From an uncultured Gemmatimonadaceae bacterium (GTDB lineage Bacteria > Gemmatimonadota > Gemmatimonadetes > Gemmatimonadales > Gemmatimonadaceae): 64,000 nt of DNA. Where the stretch lies: the NCBI GenBank assembly GCA_963761305.1, contig CAVXGK010000001.1, positions 704,001-768,000 of the forward strand, read 5' to 3'. The translations under genes were made by a program, and so were the position numbers. This document shows positions 29,654 through 40,114 of the stretch, piece after piece (within the stretch, counting starts at the first letter, position 1; the number at the start of each line of letters is the position of its first letter). A model generated the notes under the pieces. It searched no databases. It was not told the DNA's origin and saw only the letters and a program-made list of their open reading frames with translations.

Positions 29654-31543
29654 CTACGACCGATGTCGTCCTGGCGACGCCAGATCAAAGAGTCCGTGAC
29701 CTGCTGGCCTTGAATGAACGACCGGTCTGTGCACGACGTAACGATCACGGCGGGAGAGGCCGCCGACGCCGAGACGGAAGCCCCTTCCCGTTCGTCCAGC
29801 GATCCGACGTGTCCCGCTTTTCCAAGAGATCGTAGTACGTCCGCGCCGACTCGATGATGTACGAAACGTCACGGAGCCCGAACTGGTAGGCGAGCACGGC
29901 CACGAGCAGGTACGATCGGCGGAGCGCGTCGGCCGGAAAATCTGCGGAGCGAAGCATCGCCCAACCCTTGGCCACCAAATCCTTCTTCCGCTGTCGCCGA
30001 ATGTTACCGTGGAGTGCCGCGTCCCATTGATACGCGAGATTTGTGGGCATCGACAGTGGGCACGGCTCGTGGCCCGGATATGCTTGCCACGGCACCGATC
30101 GCGCCACCGGCGAGAAGGGGCTCGAAGACGCAACGCATGTAGAACGCATGCCGCAGGCCCGGATCCGCCGGGGCCCCCGCAACCACCGACAGGAAGTCCG
30201 AGTCGAAGAACAGCGAGCTGGAATTCGAGACGATGCTGATCGATCGACTCGAAGTGACCGGTCAGATGGCGTCGTTGATCGTTGAACATGAGGAACAGAT
30301 AGAGCGCCTTGGCGCGATCGCGGCAGCGGATCCGATCCAGTTCTTCGATCATGCCGTCGCGCACCATGTCGTCGGAGCGAGTCGCCAGTTACCGCGCGAG
30401 AAGTCGCTCCAGCGGTCGGATCCGTCCTTGGTCGAGGAAGGCCCGCACGCCGCGCATGGTCTCTCCGGCGCGAAGGAGCGACACCACGTCGTCGGTCATG
30501 TAGACGTGACCGAGGCCGACGCTTCCGCCGTCGCCCGACCAGACGAGTCGCGGATGTTCGAGCGCCGCCCCGGCCTGCGACGCGGAGCGGACCAGCGCGT
30601 CGGCCATCATTCGAGACCAATGCGGTGCGCCCGGAATCATGGGGATTTCCTCATGAGTCGTCTCGACGGCGTGGGCGTACTCCTTTCCCAAGACCTGATC
30701 GAGCGTGCCCTCCAGCGCGAAATTGAACGTTCGCACCTCGGCGCCCAGATCGCGAAGCACGGTGACGATGCTGCGCGAGTCGAGACCTCCACTGAGAAAG
30801 GCGGCGGTCGCCTTGTCCTGGCCTAGACGCATCCGAATCGCGTCGACGAAACGGTCATATGCATCCTGGACGATCGCCGGTTCTGGCCGCGGATCAGGTT
30901 CGATACTGTCCCACCGCCAATACTCGGATCGTTCGACCCGATCTCCGTTCACCGCGACGATCTCCGCCGGCCGCAACAGACGCACACCGAGGTACGCCGT
31001 GCGATCGGCGAGGGGAAAACCGAAAGTGGCCAGCTCGGTCATCCCTCGCGGATCGATCCGACGTGGAACGAAACCGGAGCCGAGGAGAACACGAAGACTG
31101 CTGGCAAACAGGACGTGTCGCTCGTCCATCCAGTAGTAGAGCGGTCGAACGGCAAGCTTGTCGGCAACGAGTCGAAGCTCGCTGGTGCCCGCGTCAAATT
31201 GGACTAGCAGAGACTCACCGCGGGCCTGGGTCAGCGTGTCGGTGCGCCGCGTGCGCCAGTCGGTGTGCAGCCGCGCCAAGTCCGCGACTCGATTACGGGC
31301 GCCGATGGCTGGGCTGAGCACCGGATCGCCGGCGAGAACCGACGCGGTGCCATCCGAATCGCGGATGAACGCGCGGCCCTTAAACGCACCGATATCGACT
31401 TTGACGATAAACGCTCGGCTGCTTGAAAGCGCTTCGATGTTGTCGTTCGGTGTGCACGAGATCAGACTCTTGAGCTTTCGCTGGACGAATTCCGGGAGCG
31501 AATCCGTTGGGTGTCGGCAGACAACGCCCGCAAATAGAGTCAT
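29654..31543 (-). pseudogene. third AsnB-related protein lacking the N-terminal Cys; in-frame TAA at 30389 plus frameshifts (3' end 29654 or 29745)
   Basis: DKLAVRPLYY, FLSGGLDSR, WSGDGG; downstream FFDSDF and VPWQAYPG lie in other frames. Confidence 0.7.
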
Positions 31544-31605
31544 GGCGGCCCTTAGCTGAGAGGTGACTAGGGGCGAGCGGAACCGCTCACCCTAGCCTCT
31601 CAAAG

Positions 31606-33775
31606 CTACTTCGGACGCCACCAAATGAAGTCGTCGATGTCGAGCGTGAAGGACGGGGTGGACGTCGTCAGCACGCTCCCAAACCCCAGCATGTCGATCC
31701 CCTCCGACGCCAATGCATCGACGTCATTCCAGTTACACCAGGTCTTGAATCCACCGGGCGGCGTGATCCCCACGGCCGCCGCGCTCACGTCGATGATCTT
31801 CGTCCCATCCACCCACATCCGCGCGATGCCGTCGCGCGAGCCCGGCGAGGTGTTCGGCCGGTATTGATATGTATACCGGTGCCATTGGCCGTCGAACTTG
31901 TCGCCCGGATACAGGCCCGCGCCGATGGGCTGATTGCCCTGACAGCTGGTGAGCACACTCTTGTCGTAGACCTGCCAGTAGTTGTTGGTATGCGCCCATC
32001 GTTCACGTTGCACGGCAGGTTGTCGTGGGTGTTCCACTGAACGCGGTCCCCACTCGGATGGTACGCCAGGAACCATTTCATCGCGACAGCCTGCTGATTG
32101 GGCTGCGGATTCAATGGCCTCGAGAACGTGACGCGCGCCCAGTACGAGAAGAAGTGCGTGGTCGTGTCGGGAAAATTCGGTACGTCGATGACGTCCCAGG
32201 CACGGCCATCCTGCGGGACACCGCTGTTGATCATCCGGAGGAATTTGCCGTTCGGATTCGCGTGCCCGCCACTCATCAAGAGCAGCGAGTCCGGCGCCTC
32301 GCTGAAATTGTATTGGCGAAAGTGGATGCCGGTCGCGGCCGAGGTCCACATGGCGTGCGCACTTGTGTAGTGGTCCATCGAGTCTGCATAGATCAGCGCC
32401 CCGGTCGTCGTACCGAACGACGGTTCGGACGCGCCAATCGGGGCCGGTGGACGGCTGGCGGTAGCGGCGGCGCGGGGGCAGCGGCGACCGTCAACGATGC
32501 CGCCCCGTTGATCCCGTCGATCGTCGCCTGGATCGACGACGTGCCCATCGCTTTCGCCGTGACGACGCCCGAGGATGACACGGATGCAACCGTGGTGTTG
32601 GACGGGGTCCACGTGGCGCTCTTTCCACTCAACACGTTGCCCTTCGAGTCCTTCGCCACGGCGTGCGCCTGCGACGTGTTGCCGGCGGCCATGCTGGTGG
32701 AGTCCAGCGTCACGGCGACCGTGGCGGTCGTCGCCGCCGGTGGCGGCGGCACGCTCACCGTGAGCGACGCCGAGCCGCTGATACCATCCACAGTCGCCTT
32801 GATCGAAACCGAACCCGCTGCCTTTGCCGTCACGAGACCCGTCGTCGACACCGTCGCAACGGACGTATTCGACGCGGTCCACGTGGCGCTCTTTCCAGTG
32901 AGCTCGATGCCCTTGGAGTCCATCGGAATTGCGTGCGCCTGCGCGGCGTGCCCCGGGGCCAGGCTGGATGAATCGAAGGTCACGGCAACCGTCGCCGTGG
33001 TCGGCGGCGGAGGTTGTGGCGGTTGCGCTGGTGGGGTCGGGGTCGAAGGAGGGGTTGGATTGGACGGAGGCGGATTCGCGGGCGGGTTCGGCGGCGGATT
33101 CGGGTTCGTCGGCGGCACGGGGTCCGACGGCGACGCCGACGCCGCGGGCATGACGCGCACCAACGCACTGTCGCTCCGGCTGTCGATCGTCAACACGACC
33201 CACGTCGAGCCGAGACCGCGGGACCGAATCAAGCCGGCGGCATCCACCGTCGCGACGCTGTCGTTGCGTGAGGCCCAGTTCACGACGGCGCCAGAGAGAT
33301 TCGTGATCTCATGGCCGTGAGGATCGAACACGCTGTAGGAAAGGCCCATCGCTCCGCCCAGCGCCAGCGGCGTCGTGTCGACCGACAACCGCACGGAATT
33401 CACGGCTGGGCGAACCGTCACGACGCTCGTATCGACATGGCCGTGATTGTGGAACGTGATGCGAGCCGTTCCCGGATTGAGCGCCGAGACAAGACCGCCG
33501 ACCGAGACTGGCGCGATCCACGGATTGTCACTCCACCAAGTAGCCCGCGCCTGCGATGTCGCCGCGCCGAGCTGCTGTCTCTGTCCCACAACCAGCGTCA
33601 TCGTGTGTGGAACGAGGAGGGAACGAACATCATCCTGTGGATCGGCGACGGAGTCGCATCCCACGGCTGCCAGTGCAGCCAACGAGAGCAGACAAACAAC
33701 GCCGAGTCGGCGGGTCGACCGGGGGGCAGTCGTGCGTGACGGCGCAACGTCGCGCCATGGCGCGCAACGGACCAT
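31606..33775 (-). CDS. lipoprotein with 4 Big_2 Ig-like domains, Pro-rich linker and C-terminal beta-jelly-roll (lyase/lectin-like) domain; 2 apparent frameshifts
   Basis: Lipobox LAAVGC; W.S.N.SVATV..GLV.A repeats. The C-terminal domain is split over ORFs 31785..33203 and 31606..32349 (shifts near 32450 and 32000). Confidence 0.75.
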
Positions 33776-33962
33776 GAGGATACGCTCCAAGTTGTTGGTT
33801 GAGGGGCCGGTCTTGCCGCGCGACCAGGGCAATCAAACGGTCGCGCGAACTGAGCACAATCCTGCGAGATATCCAACGGCACACGGCGGGCGCCGCTGCG
33901 ACAGCGCCGCGTAGATAGCATCGGACTGAACACCGCGCAGTGTCATCCGTCACATGCGCACG

Positions 33963-34003
33963 AAAAAAAAGGGCCCGCGGCAATGGCAGATCCGCGGGCC
34001 CTT
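33963..34003 (-). terminator. rho-independent terminator downstream of the 34103..37273 gene
   Basis: Minus strand AGGGCCCGCGG-atctgccattg-CCGCGGGCCCT followed by a T-run. Confidence 0.88.
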
Positions 34004-34102
34004 CATTCGTCGGTTTTGGCCGTATGCGTGTTTCTTAATAGCGAACACGACCGGGTGACGGTGGACGGACTTTGACCGCCCAAGGCGCCGAGCGCTCGAG
34101 CA

Positions 34103-37100
34103 TCATTTGAGTGTCCACCATTGGAGGTCGTCGATCGCAATGGTGAACGGAATGTTGCCGTTGGTGAGCGGCCCGCCCCACTCGGGACTCTGAATGCCGT
34201 ACCCCACGGCCAGCGCGTCCACGTCGCCCTGTTGGCACCAGGGCTGGCCCTTCGTCCGCGGCGAATTGGGACTGCCGACGACCACGTCGACCGCGCTCTG
34301 TTCGATGCGGATCACCAATTGCCCGTCGATCCACATGAGCGCCCGCCCATCGCGACAGCCCGCGCAACTGTTCGGCTTCGTGAGGTACGTGAACCGGTGC
34401 CACTGCCCGTTTGCCACGTCGCCGATCGACGGGTGCACGGCCTGCTGGCCATTGCACTGCGTGGCGCCCATGTCGTACACGCCCCAATCGACATACGCCG
34501 GGCCGTACCACGGACAGCCGCCGACGTGGTCGACCAAGTTGAACTGAATCCGGTTGTTGCCCGGATCGTTGTGCCACAGCTCGATCCACTTGATCTTCGC
34601 CGCGACGACGGTATCGGTGATCGGCGGCGCGCCTGGGTCGGCGACGAGGCGACCCCAATGCTGAATGATGGACGTTGCACTGCCCGTGTTCGTCCCGCCC
34701 GTCAACTCGATCCCATGCGACTCCTGAAGCACGCCGTCATAGTGGAACTGGACCGCCTGCCCCGAGTGGCCCGGCACCATGACGACGCCCGCATCGTACC
34801 CCGGCTGTCCGTTGGTGGTGAACGTCGAGCAGTAGTACCACGCGTGGTCAATGATCTGCTGCGCCGGTGTCGCGCTGCCGCACGTCGGGTGCAGCATGGC
34901 GTAGGTGTAGTTATCGAAATTCGTCGCGTAGATCATCGTTCCCGTCGACGCGTCGAAGAACGGTTCCGCGGGCAACCCGGTCTGCGACGGCGGCGGCGCG
35001 GGGGCAGCGGCGACCGTCAACGATGCCGCCCCGTTGATCCCGTCGATCGTCGCCTGGATCGACGACGTGCCGGCGCCTTTCGCCGTCACGACACCCGCCG
35101 TGGCCACCGACGCGACCGTCGTACTTCCTGATGTCCATGTCGCCGTCTTGCCGCTGATCACGTTGCCCTTCGAATCCTTCGCCACCGCGTGCGCCTGCGT
35201 CGTGTGGCCCACCACCATGCTCGCGGAGTCGAGCGTCACGGCGACGGATGCCGTCGTCGCCGGGGGGGGCGGTGACGCGTTGACCGTGAGCGACGCCGAG
35301 CCGTTGACGCCGTCAATGGTCGCTTGAATCGAGACCGTACCCGCCGCCTGCGCCGTCACCAGCCCCGATGACGACACCGAGGCCACCGTTGGATTCGACG
35401 CCGTCCATGTCGCGGTCTTTGCACTCAACACGTTGCCCTGTGCGTCCTTCGCCACGGCGTGCGCTTGCGACGTATGTCCCACCAGCAAGCTCGCGGAGTC
35501 GAGCGTCACGACCACTGAGGCCGTCGTCGGCGGCGGTGGTGCGTTCACGACGAGCGCCGCCGAGCCGTTGATGTTGTCGATGGTTGCTTGAATCGATGCG
35601 GGGCCGGCGGCTTTCGCCGTCACGACACCGCTCGAGGCGACCGACGCGATCGACGGATTCAACGACGACCACGTCACGCTCTTTCCGCTCAGAACGTTGC
35701 CCTGCGCGTCCTTCGCGACCGCGTGTGCCTGCGACGCATGGCCGACGACCATGCTCAGGGAGTCCAGCGTCACGACCACCGATGCGGTCGTCGGCGCCGG
35801 GGGCGGTGCCGGCGACGTGGGTTGCTGCGACGGGGGATCCTGTTGCGGTGCGGCGACGGTAACAGGTGCGTCACCAGTCTGCGACTCGACCGTCGCGCGG
35901 ATCGTCGCCGTGCCGGCGGCAACCGCCGTGACGACACCCGAGATCGAAACCGTCGCGATGTTGGTGTTCAACGACGACCACGCGACGGTGCGGCCATTGA
36001 GGACGTTGCCGATGGCGTCGCGAGCGACCGCGCTCGCCTGCGTCGTCTGACCCGCGGTGAGGCTCACGCTTCCCACGCTCACGGTCACCGAGGCAACCGG
36101 ATCGACGCCGATCGTCAGGGTCGCATCGCCGGTCTTGCCCTCGGACGTCGCGCGAATGATCACCGATCCCGTGCCGACGGCGGTGACCACACCGGCCGCC
36201 GAGACGGAGGCGATCGTGGGATCGAGCGACGACCAGGTCACCGCACGTCCGGTCAGCACGTTGCCGACGGCGTCGGTGAGCGTCGCGGCCGCCTGCGTGG
36301 TCTGTCCCGGAAGCAAGCTTGGCGACGCCAGGCTCACGGTCACCGTCTGCACCGGCGCGGTGCCGACGGTCAACGGCATGCTCGTCGACTTTCCTTCCGA
36401 CGTCGCGATGAGTCTCGCCGAACCAGCGGTGCGACCCGTGACCTTCACGTTGTTCGGGCCCGTCGTGACGACGGTGAACACCGAGCTGTTGCTCGACGTC
36501 CAGACGATGCCACGGCCGGTGAGAACACGTCCGGTCGAATCGGTGGTGGTGGCGCTGGTGTGCACGACCTGGCCGACGGCCAGGGTCGACGTGCTCAGAT
36601 CGATCGAGACGTTTGACACCGGACTCGGGGCGAGTTTCGAGACGCTGATCTTGGCGAACGACGTCTGCCCGCCACTCGTCGCGATGACGTTCGCCGTGCC
36701 CTCGCCGCGCGCCACGACCATTCCCGAGGCGGAGACGTAGGCCACGCTCGTATCCGGCGTCGTCCATTGGACGGGATATCCGGCGAGCGCCGCGTCCGTG
36801 GAGTCGAGCGGCGTGCCGGTCAATTGCGCGGAGGTGCCGACGACGAGGGCGTCGGCACCGGGCGTCATCTCGAGGAAGGACACCGGTGATTCAATAACTG
36901 TGATGACCGAGCTGGCCGCCTTGCCCTCGACCATGCAACTGGCCATCGTCGTCCCACCGCGCTGGCCAATGATGGACCCCGTGGCGTCCACCGCCGCGAC
37001 GCCGGGGTCGGCGATCGACCACGTCTGAGTCGACGAGACGACGACGCCGCGAGAATCCAATGCGAGACATTTGAGCGACGTACTCGCACCACGCAGGACC

Positions 37101-37273
37101 GAGGCGCTCGACGGCGTCACCTGTATGGTGTTCGCCTTGCCGTCGCCGACGCCGGTGACCGAGCCATGGACGGCGGATGCCGTGTCGACGCCGTCAGCAC
37201 ACCCGAGCGCGATCGCGGCCGATAGACCGACGAGCATCACGCCCACCTCATGAGGCCTCTTGAATCGAAGCAT
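34103..37273 (-). CDS. lipoprotein with 8 Big_2 Ig-like domains and C-terminal beta-jelly-roll (lyase/lectin-like) domain
   Basis: Lipobox AIALGC; eight ~85-aa repeats (G.VL.G..V.WSS..P.IASV...GVVTA...G...I.AT..G); C-terminal GQWHRFTY...RDGRALMWIDG...IAIDD. Confidence 0.85.
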   Translation of the reverse strand: MLRFKRPHEVGVMLVGLSAAIALGCADGVDTASAVHGSVTGVGDGKANTIQVTPSSASVLRGASTSLKCLALDSRGVVVSSTQTWSIADPGVAAVDATGSIIGQRGGTTMASCMVEGKAASSVITVIESPVSFLEMTPGADALVVGTSAQLTGTPLDSTDAALAGYPVQWTTPDTSVAYVSASGMVVARGEGTANVIATSGGQTSFAKISVSKLAPSPVSNVSIDLSTSTLAVGQVVHTSATTTDSTGRVLTGRGIVWTSSNSSVFTVVTTGPNNVKVTGRTAGSARLIATSEGKSTSMPLTVGTAPVQTVTVSLASPSLLPGQTTQAAATLTDAVGNVLTGRAVTWSSLDPTIASVSAAGVVTAVGTGSVIIRATSEGKTGDATLTIGVDPVASVTVSVGSVSLTAGQTTQASAVARDAIGNVLNGRTVAWSSLNTNIATVSISGVVTAVAAGTATIRATVESQTGDAPVTVAAPQQDPPSQQPTSPAPPPAPTTASVVVTLDSLSMVVGHASQAHAVAKDAQGNVLSGKSVTWSSLNPSIASVASSGVVTAKAAGPASIQATIDNINGSAALVVNAPPPPTTASVVVTLDSASLLVGHTSQAHAVAKDAQGNVLSAKTATWTASNPTVASVSSSGLVTAQAAGTVSIQATIDGVNGSASLTVNASPPPPATTASVAVTLDSASMVVGHTTQAHAVAKDSKGNVISGKTATWTSGSTTVASVATAGVVTAKGAGTSSIQATIDGINGAASLTVAAAPAPPPSQTGLPAEPFFDASTGTMIYATNFDNYTYAMLHPTCGSATPAQQIIDHAWYYCSTFTTNGQPGYDAGVVMVPGHSGQAVQFHYDGVLQESHGIELTGGTNTGSATSIIQHWGRLVADPGAPPITDTVVAAKIKWIELWHNDPGNNRIQFNLVDHVGGCPWYGPAYVDWGVYDMGATQCNGQQAVHPSIGDVANGQWHRFTYLTKPNSCAGCRDGRALMWIDGQLVIRIEQSAVDVVVGSPNSPRTKGQPWCQQGDVDALAVGYGIQSPEWGGPLTNGNIPFTIAIDDLQWWTLK

Positions 37274-37293
37274 CACGATCCCCGCGATTTGAT

Positions 37294-37385
37294 TGTTCGG
37301 CGGCTCGGCGGGCGTGGCTCGATGCATCGAGCGGTAGCCCCGTAGCTTTGCGTCGCTGGGTTTCCCCAGGTTTGCCTTTGTCGCA
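37294..37385 (-). ncRNA. cyclic di-GMP-I (GEMM) riboswitch
   Basis: Minus strand GACAAAGGCAAACCUGGGGAAACCCAGCGACGCAAAGCUACGGGGCU...GCCGAGCCGCCGAA. It has the GGCAAAC/GAAA-tetraloop P2/GACGCAAAGC hallmarks and lies directly 5' of the Ig-protein RBS and start. Confidence 0.88.
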
Positions 37386-37639
37386 GTCAGCTCGGTGGAG
37401 CGTGATTGCGTGCGAGTCGACGGCGTGGGCCGTCAATCCTTCGACGATTGGTGCGAACCGCGGTCACTCGCGTTGCACGACGTCGAGCGTGGCACGTTTT
37501 GCAGCGTCGCCGATCGTTATCTTGAGTCTCGCGTCACGCGCCGATACAGAATGCTACAGTCGGACAATCTGTGACACCGCAATGAATCAGACGCAACACC
37601 CTCCCTGCGTTTTCGAAGAGCCTCCGCGCGCCGATCACC

Positions 37640-38845
37640 ATGCGAATCGTCTTCGCCTGCAGTGAACAACCCTGGGGTCCGCCCTATGGGGGACTGCTTC
37701 GCGACTACCATCTCATCCTCGGCTTGGCGCGCGAGCACGCGGTGACGCTCGTCACCCTTTCGAGAGCGAACATCCCGCGAAGCGCCGGCACCGAGCCCCT
37801 GTTCGACGCGTGCGAGGAGGTGATCGAGATCCCTCATGAGACGTGTGTGTACCGACAGACCCGGAGGTACAACGAGTCGGCCGAAGCGGTCGACCGATTG
37901 ACGGCGCTGGTCTCGTCGCGCATGCCCCGGTCGATTCGCCGCTGGGAATCCCCGGCATTCGTCGACGCGCTCCGCCGGGTCCGCGAATCGCGCAAAGTGG
38001 ACGCGGTGCTCGCGGGGCGCGCGTTCGTCGCCGAGCGCGCGCTGGAGGCGGGGTACGAGCGGGTCCTGGTCGACATGCCAGATCTGGACAGCGCCGCGTT
38101 GCACGCGCTCCTCACGACGCTCGACTGGTACAAGTCCAAGCCGATCGACTGGGCGGAGTTCGCCAAGTTGCGCTACTACGAGCGCCGACTTCCCGAACGG
38201 TTCTGGCGCGTGACGGTGTGCAAGGAAGAGGACCGCGCGTTTCTCGACCCTCGCGCTCGCGGCAACGTGTTCGTCGTTCCCAACGGCACGAGCGTTCATC
38301 CACCGGCGCCCCACGAGACCGAGGTTCCGGGCGAGATGCTGTTCGTGGGCCTGCTGGACTATTACCCCAACATCGACGCGATCAAGTTTTTCCACGACAA
38401 GATTCTGCCCCTCGTCTCGAGCCGCGTCCCGAACGCGCGGTTCCGAATCGTCGGACGCCGGCCCGACCGGGACGTTCTCGCGCTCGACAACGGCGGCAAT
38501 TGCGTCGTGACCGGTCCGGTGGAGGATCTCGCGCCCTACTACGCGCAAGCCTCGCTCGTCGTCGTCCCGATGCGCCTCGGTGCCGGCACGAAGCTCAAGA
38601 CCGTCGAGGCGCTCGCCTACGGCAAAGCGATGGTGACCACGACGTCCGGCGCACAGGGCTTCGACCTTCGCCCCGGAACGGATCTCGAAGTCGCCGACAC
38701 ACCGCAGGCGTTCGCCGACGTCTGCGTGCGACTGCTCGGCGACGCGACGCTGCGCCGGCGGCTCGGCGAGTCGGGACGCGCGCGCACGCTGGAGCGGTAC
38801 TCGTGGCCTTCGGTCGCGTCGGCGGCGCTGGCCGCGTTGGCGTAA
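37640..38845 (+). CDS. GT4 glycosyltransferase (PEP-CTERM/XrtA-system sugar-transferase-like)
   Basis: VVPNG, LFVGLLDYYPNIDAI, VVVPMRLGAGTKLKTVEALAYG. Confidence 0.88.
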   Translation: MRIVFACSEQPWGPPYGGLLRDYHLILGLAREHAVTLVTLSRANIPRSAGTEPLFDACEEVIEIPHETCVYRQTRRYNESAEAVDRLTALVSSRMPRSIRRWESPAFVDALRRVRESRKVDAVLAGRAFVAERALEAGYERVLVDMPDLDSAALHALLTTLDWYKSKPIDWAEFAKLRYYERRLPERFWRVTVCKEEDRAFLDPRARGNVFVVPNGTSVHPPAPHETEVPGEMLFVGLLDYYPNIDAIKFFHDKILPLVSSRVPNARFRIVGRRPDRDVLALDNGGNCVVTGPVEDLAPYYAQASLVVVPMRLGAGTKLKTVEALAYGKAMVTTTSGAQGFDLRPGTDLEVADTPQAFADVCVRLLGDATLRRRLGESGRARTLERYSWPSVASAALAALA

Positions 38846-38872
38846 CGGTGTCGAACGCGGGTCAACCCGCGC

Positions 38873-40114
38873 TCACGCCTTGGTCCACTCGACCGACGGG
38901 CTCACGACGCCCTGCCGCCTGTCTCGCAGAACTTGCTGCAGGCTTCCGGTGTCGTGAATGACGAACGCCATCTCGTTGTCGATCTCGTCGTACACGAGGT
39001 GTCGCGGCGTGTGCGCGGTGATCTTGAGGGTGTACCGGCCCGGCGTGAGGAGACCCTCCGGGAACGCGATCGTATACGCGGCAGTCCCCGGATCGATCGG
39101 GAGATAGGTCCGCAGCGCGTCGGTGTTGCACGTCGTGAACAGCGGCACGCCTTCCTGGTTGGTCACGCGTACCGCGATCTGCGCATTCTCGAAGCGCTTC
39201 GAGACATCGGCGCACAGCTGCAAAACGATCTGATCGTCCAGGTCGAACTCCGCCGACTCGAGGCCGTCGCCGTTGGCCAGGCGTACCGTCTGAAACGTGA
39301 TTCCTTTCCCGGGAGCGGCGTCCTCGGGGCGGCGCCAGCACGCACCGTCGCGACTTCCGCGCGCGATGTAGGCCTGCACCGCCTCGCGTGCCGTTCCATC
39401 ATAGGAGACTTGACCCTGCTGCAGCACGATCCCTCGCGTGCAGAGTGACGTGACCGTGGACAGGTTGTGGCTCACGAAGAGCACCGTCTGGCCCCGGTCG
39501 GCGAGCGATCGGATTTTCGTCAGGCACTTCGTCTGAAACTGAGCGTCGCCGACGGCCAGAACCTCATCGACGATGAGAATCTCCGGCTCGAGATGCGCCG
39601 CCACGGCGAATGCGAGGCGCACGTACATCCCCGACGAATAGCGCTTTACTGGCGTGTCGATGAACTCGCCAATCTCGGAAAAGGCGACGATCTCGTCGAG
39701 CTTGTCGCGGATCTCCGACTTCGTCATCCCGAGGATCGCGCCGTTCAGAAAGGCGTTTTCGCGCCCGGTGAGATCCGGATGGAAACCGGTGCCCACCTCG
39801 AGCAGACTCGCCACGCGCCCACGAAGCGTGACTTCGCCGGACGTCGGCTCCGTGATCCGCGATAGAATCTTGAGCAGCGTGCTCTTGCCCGCCCCGTTGC
39901 GCCCGATGACGCCGACGACGTCTCCGGCCTCGATCTCGAACGACACGTCGCGCAGCGCCCAGAATTCGCTCGTATCGCGCTTCTCGGCGCGTCCGGTCAA
40001 GCGTAGCCACGCTCGTTCTGCGTCGTCGATGAGACGGGTCGCGCCGATGATGCCCAAGCGATAGCGCTTCGAGACGCCGGCCACTTCGATGATCGGCAAC
40101 GTTGAAGTGCTCAT
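38873..40114 (-). CDS. wzt: polysaccharide ABC exporter ATP-binding subunit with Wzt C-terminal domain
   Basis: FWALRDVSF, GRNGAGKST, LLEVGTGFHPDLTGREN, YSSGMYVRLAFAVAAH, VDEVLAVGD, plus ~170-aa C-terminal extension. Confidence 0.93.
   Translation of the reverse strand: MSTSTLPIIEVAGVSKRYRLGIIGATRLIDDAERAWLRLTGRAEKRDTSEFWALRDVSFEIEAGDVVGVIGRNGAGKSTLLKILSRITEPTSGEVTLRGRVASLLEVGTGFHPDLTGRENAFLNGAILGMTKSEIRDKLDEIVAFSEIGEFIDTPVKRYSSGMYVRLAFAVAAHLEPEILIVDEVLAVGDAQFQTKCLTKIRSLADRGQTVLFVSHNLSTVTSLCTRGIVLQQGQVSYDGTAREAVQAYIARGSRDGACWRRPEDAAPGKGITFQTVRLANGDGLESAEFDLDDQIVLQLCADVSKRFENAQIAVRVTNQEGVPLFTTCNTDALRTYLPIDPGTAAYTIAFPEGLLTPGRYTLKITAHTPRHLVYDEIDNEMAFVIHDTGSLQQVLRDRRQGVVSPSVEWTKA

Noticed and set aside
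9132..31543. Lasso peptide cluster suggested by multiple AsnB-like genes
   Set aside because: No B1/B2 (RRE/transglutaminase-like) genes or precursor seen. Two AsnBs keep the glutaminase Cys, and the context is polysaccharide.
37490..37505. Sigma-54 promoter TGGCACGTTTTGCA
   Set aside because: GG-to-GC spacing is 2 nt too short for a -24/-12 element.
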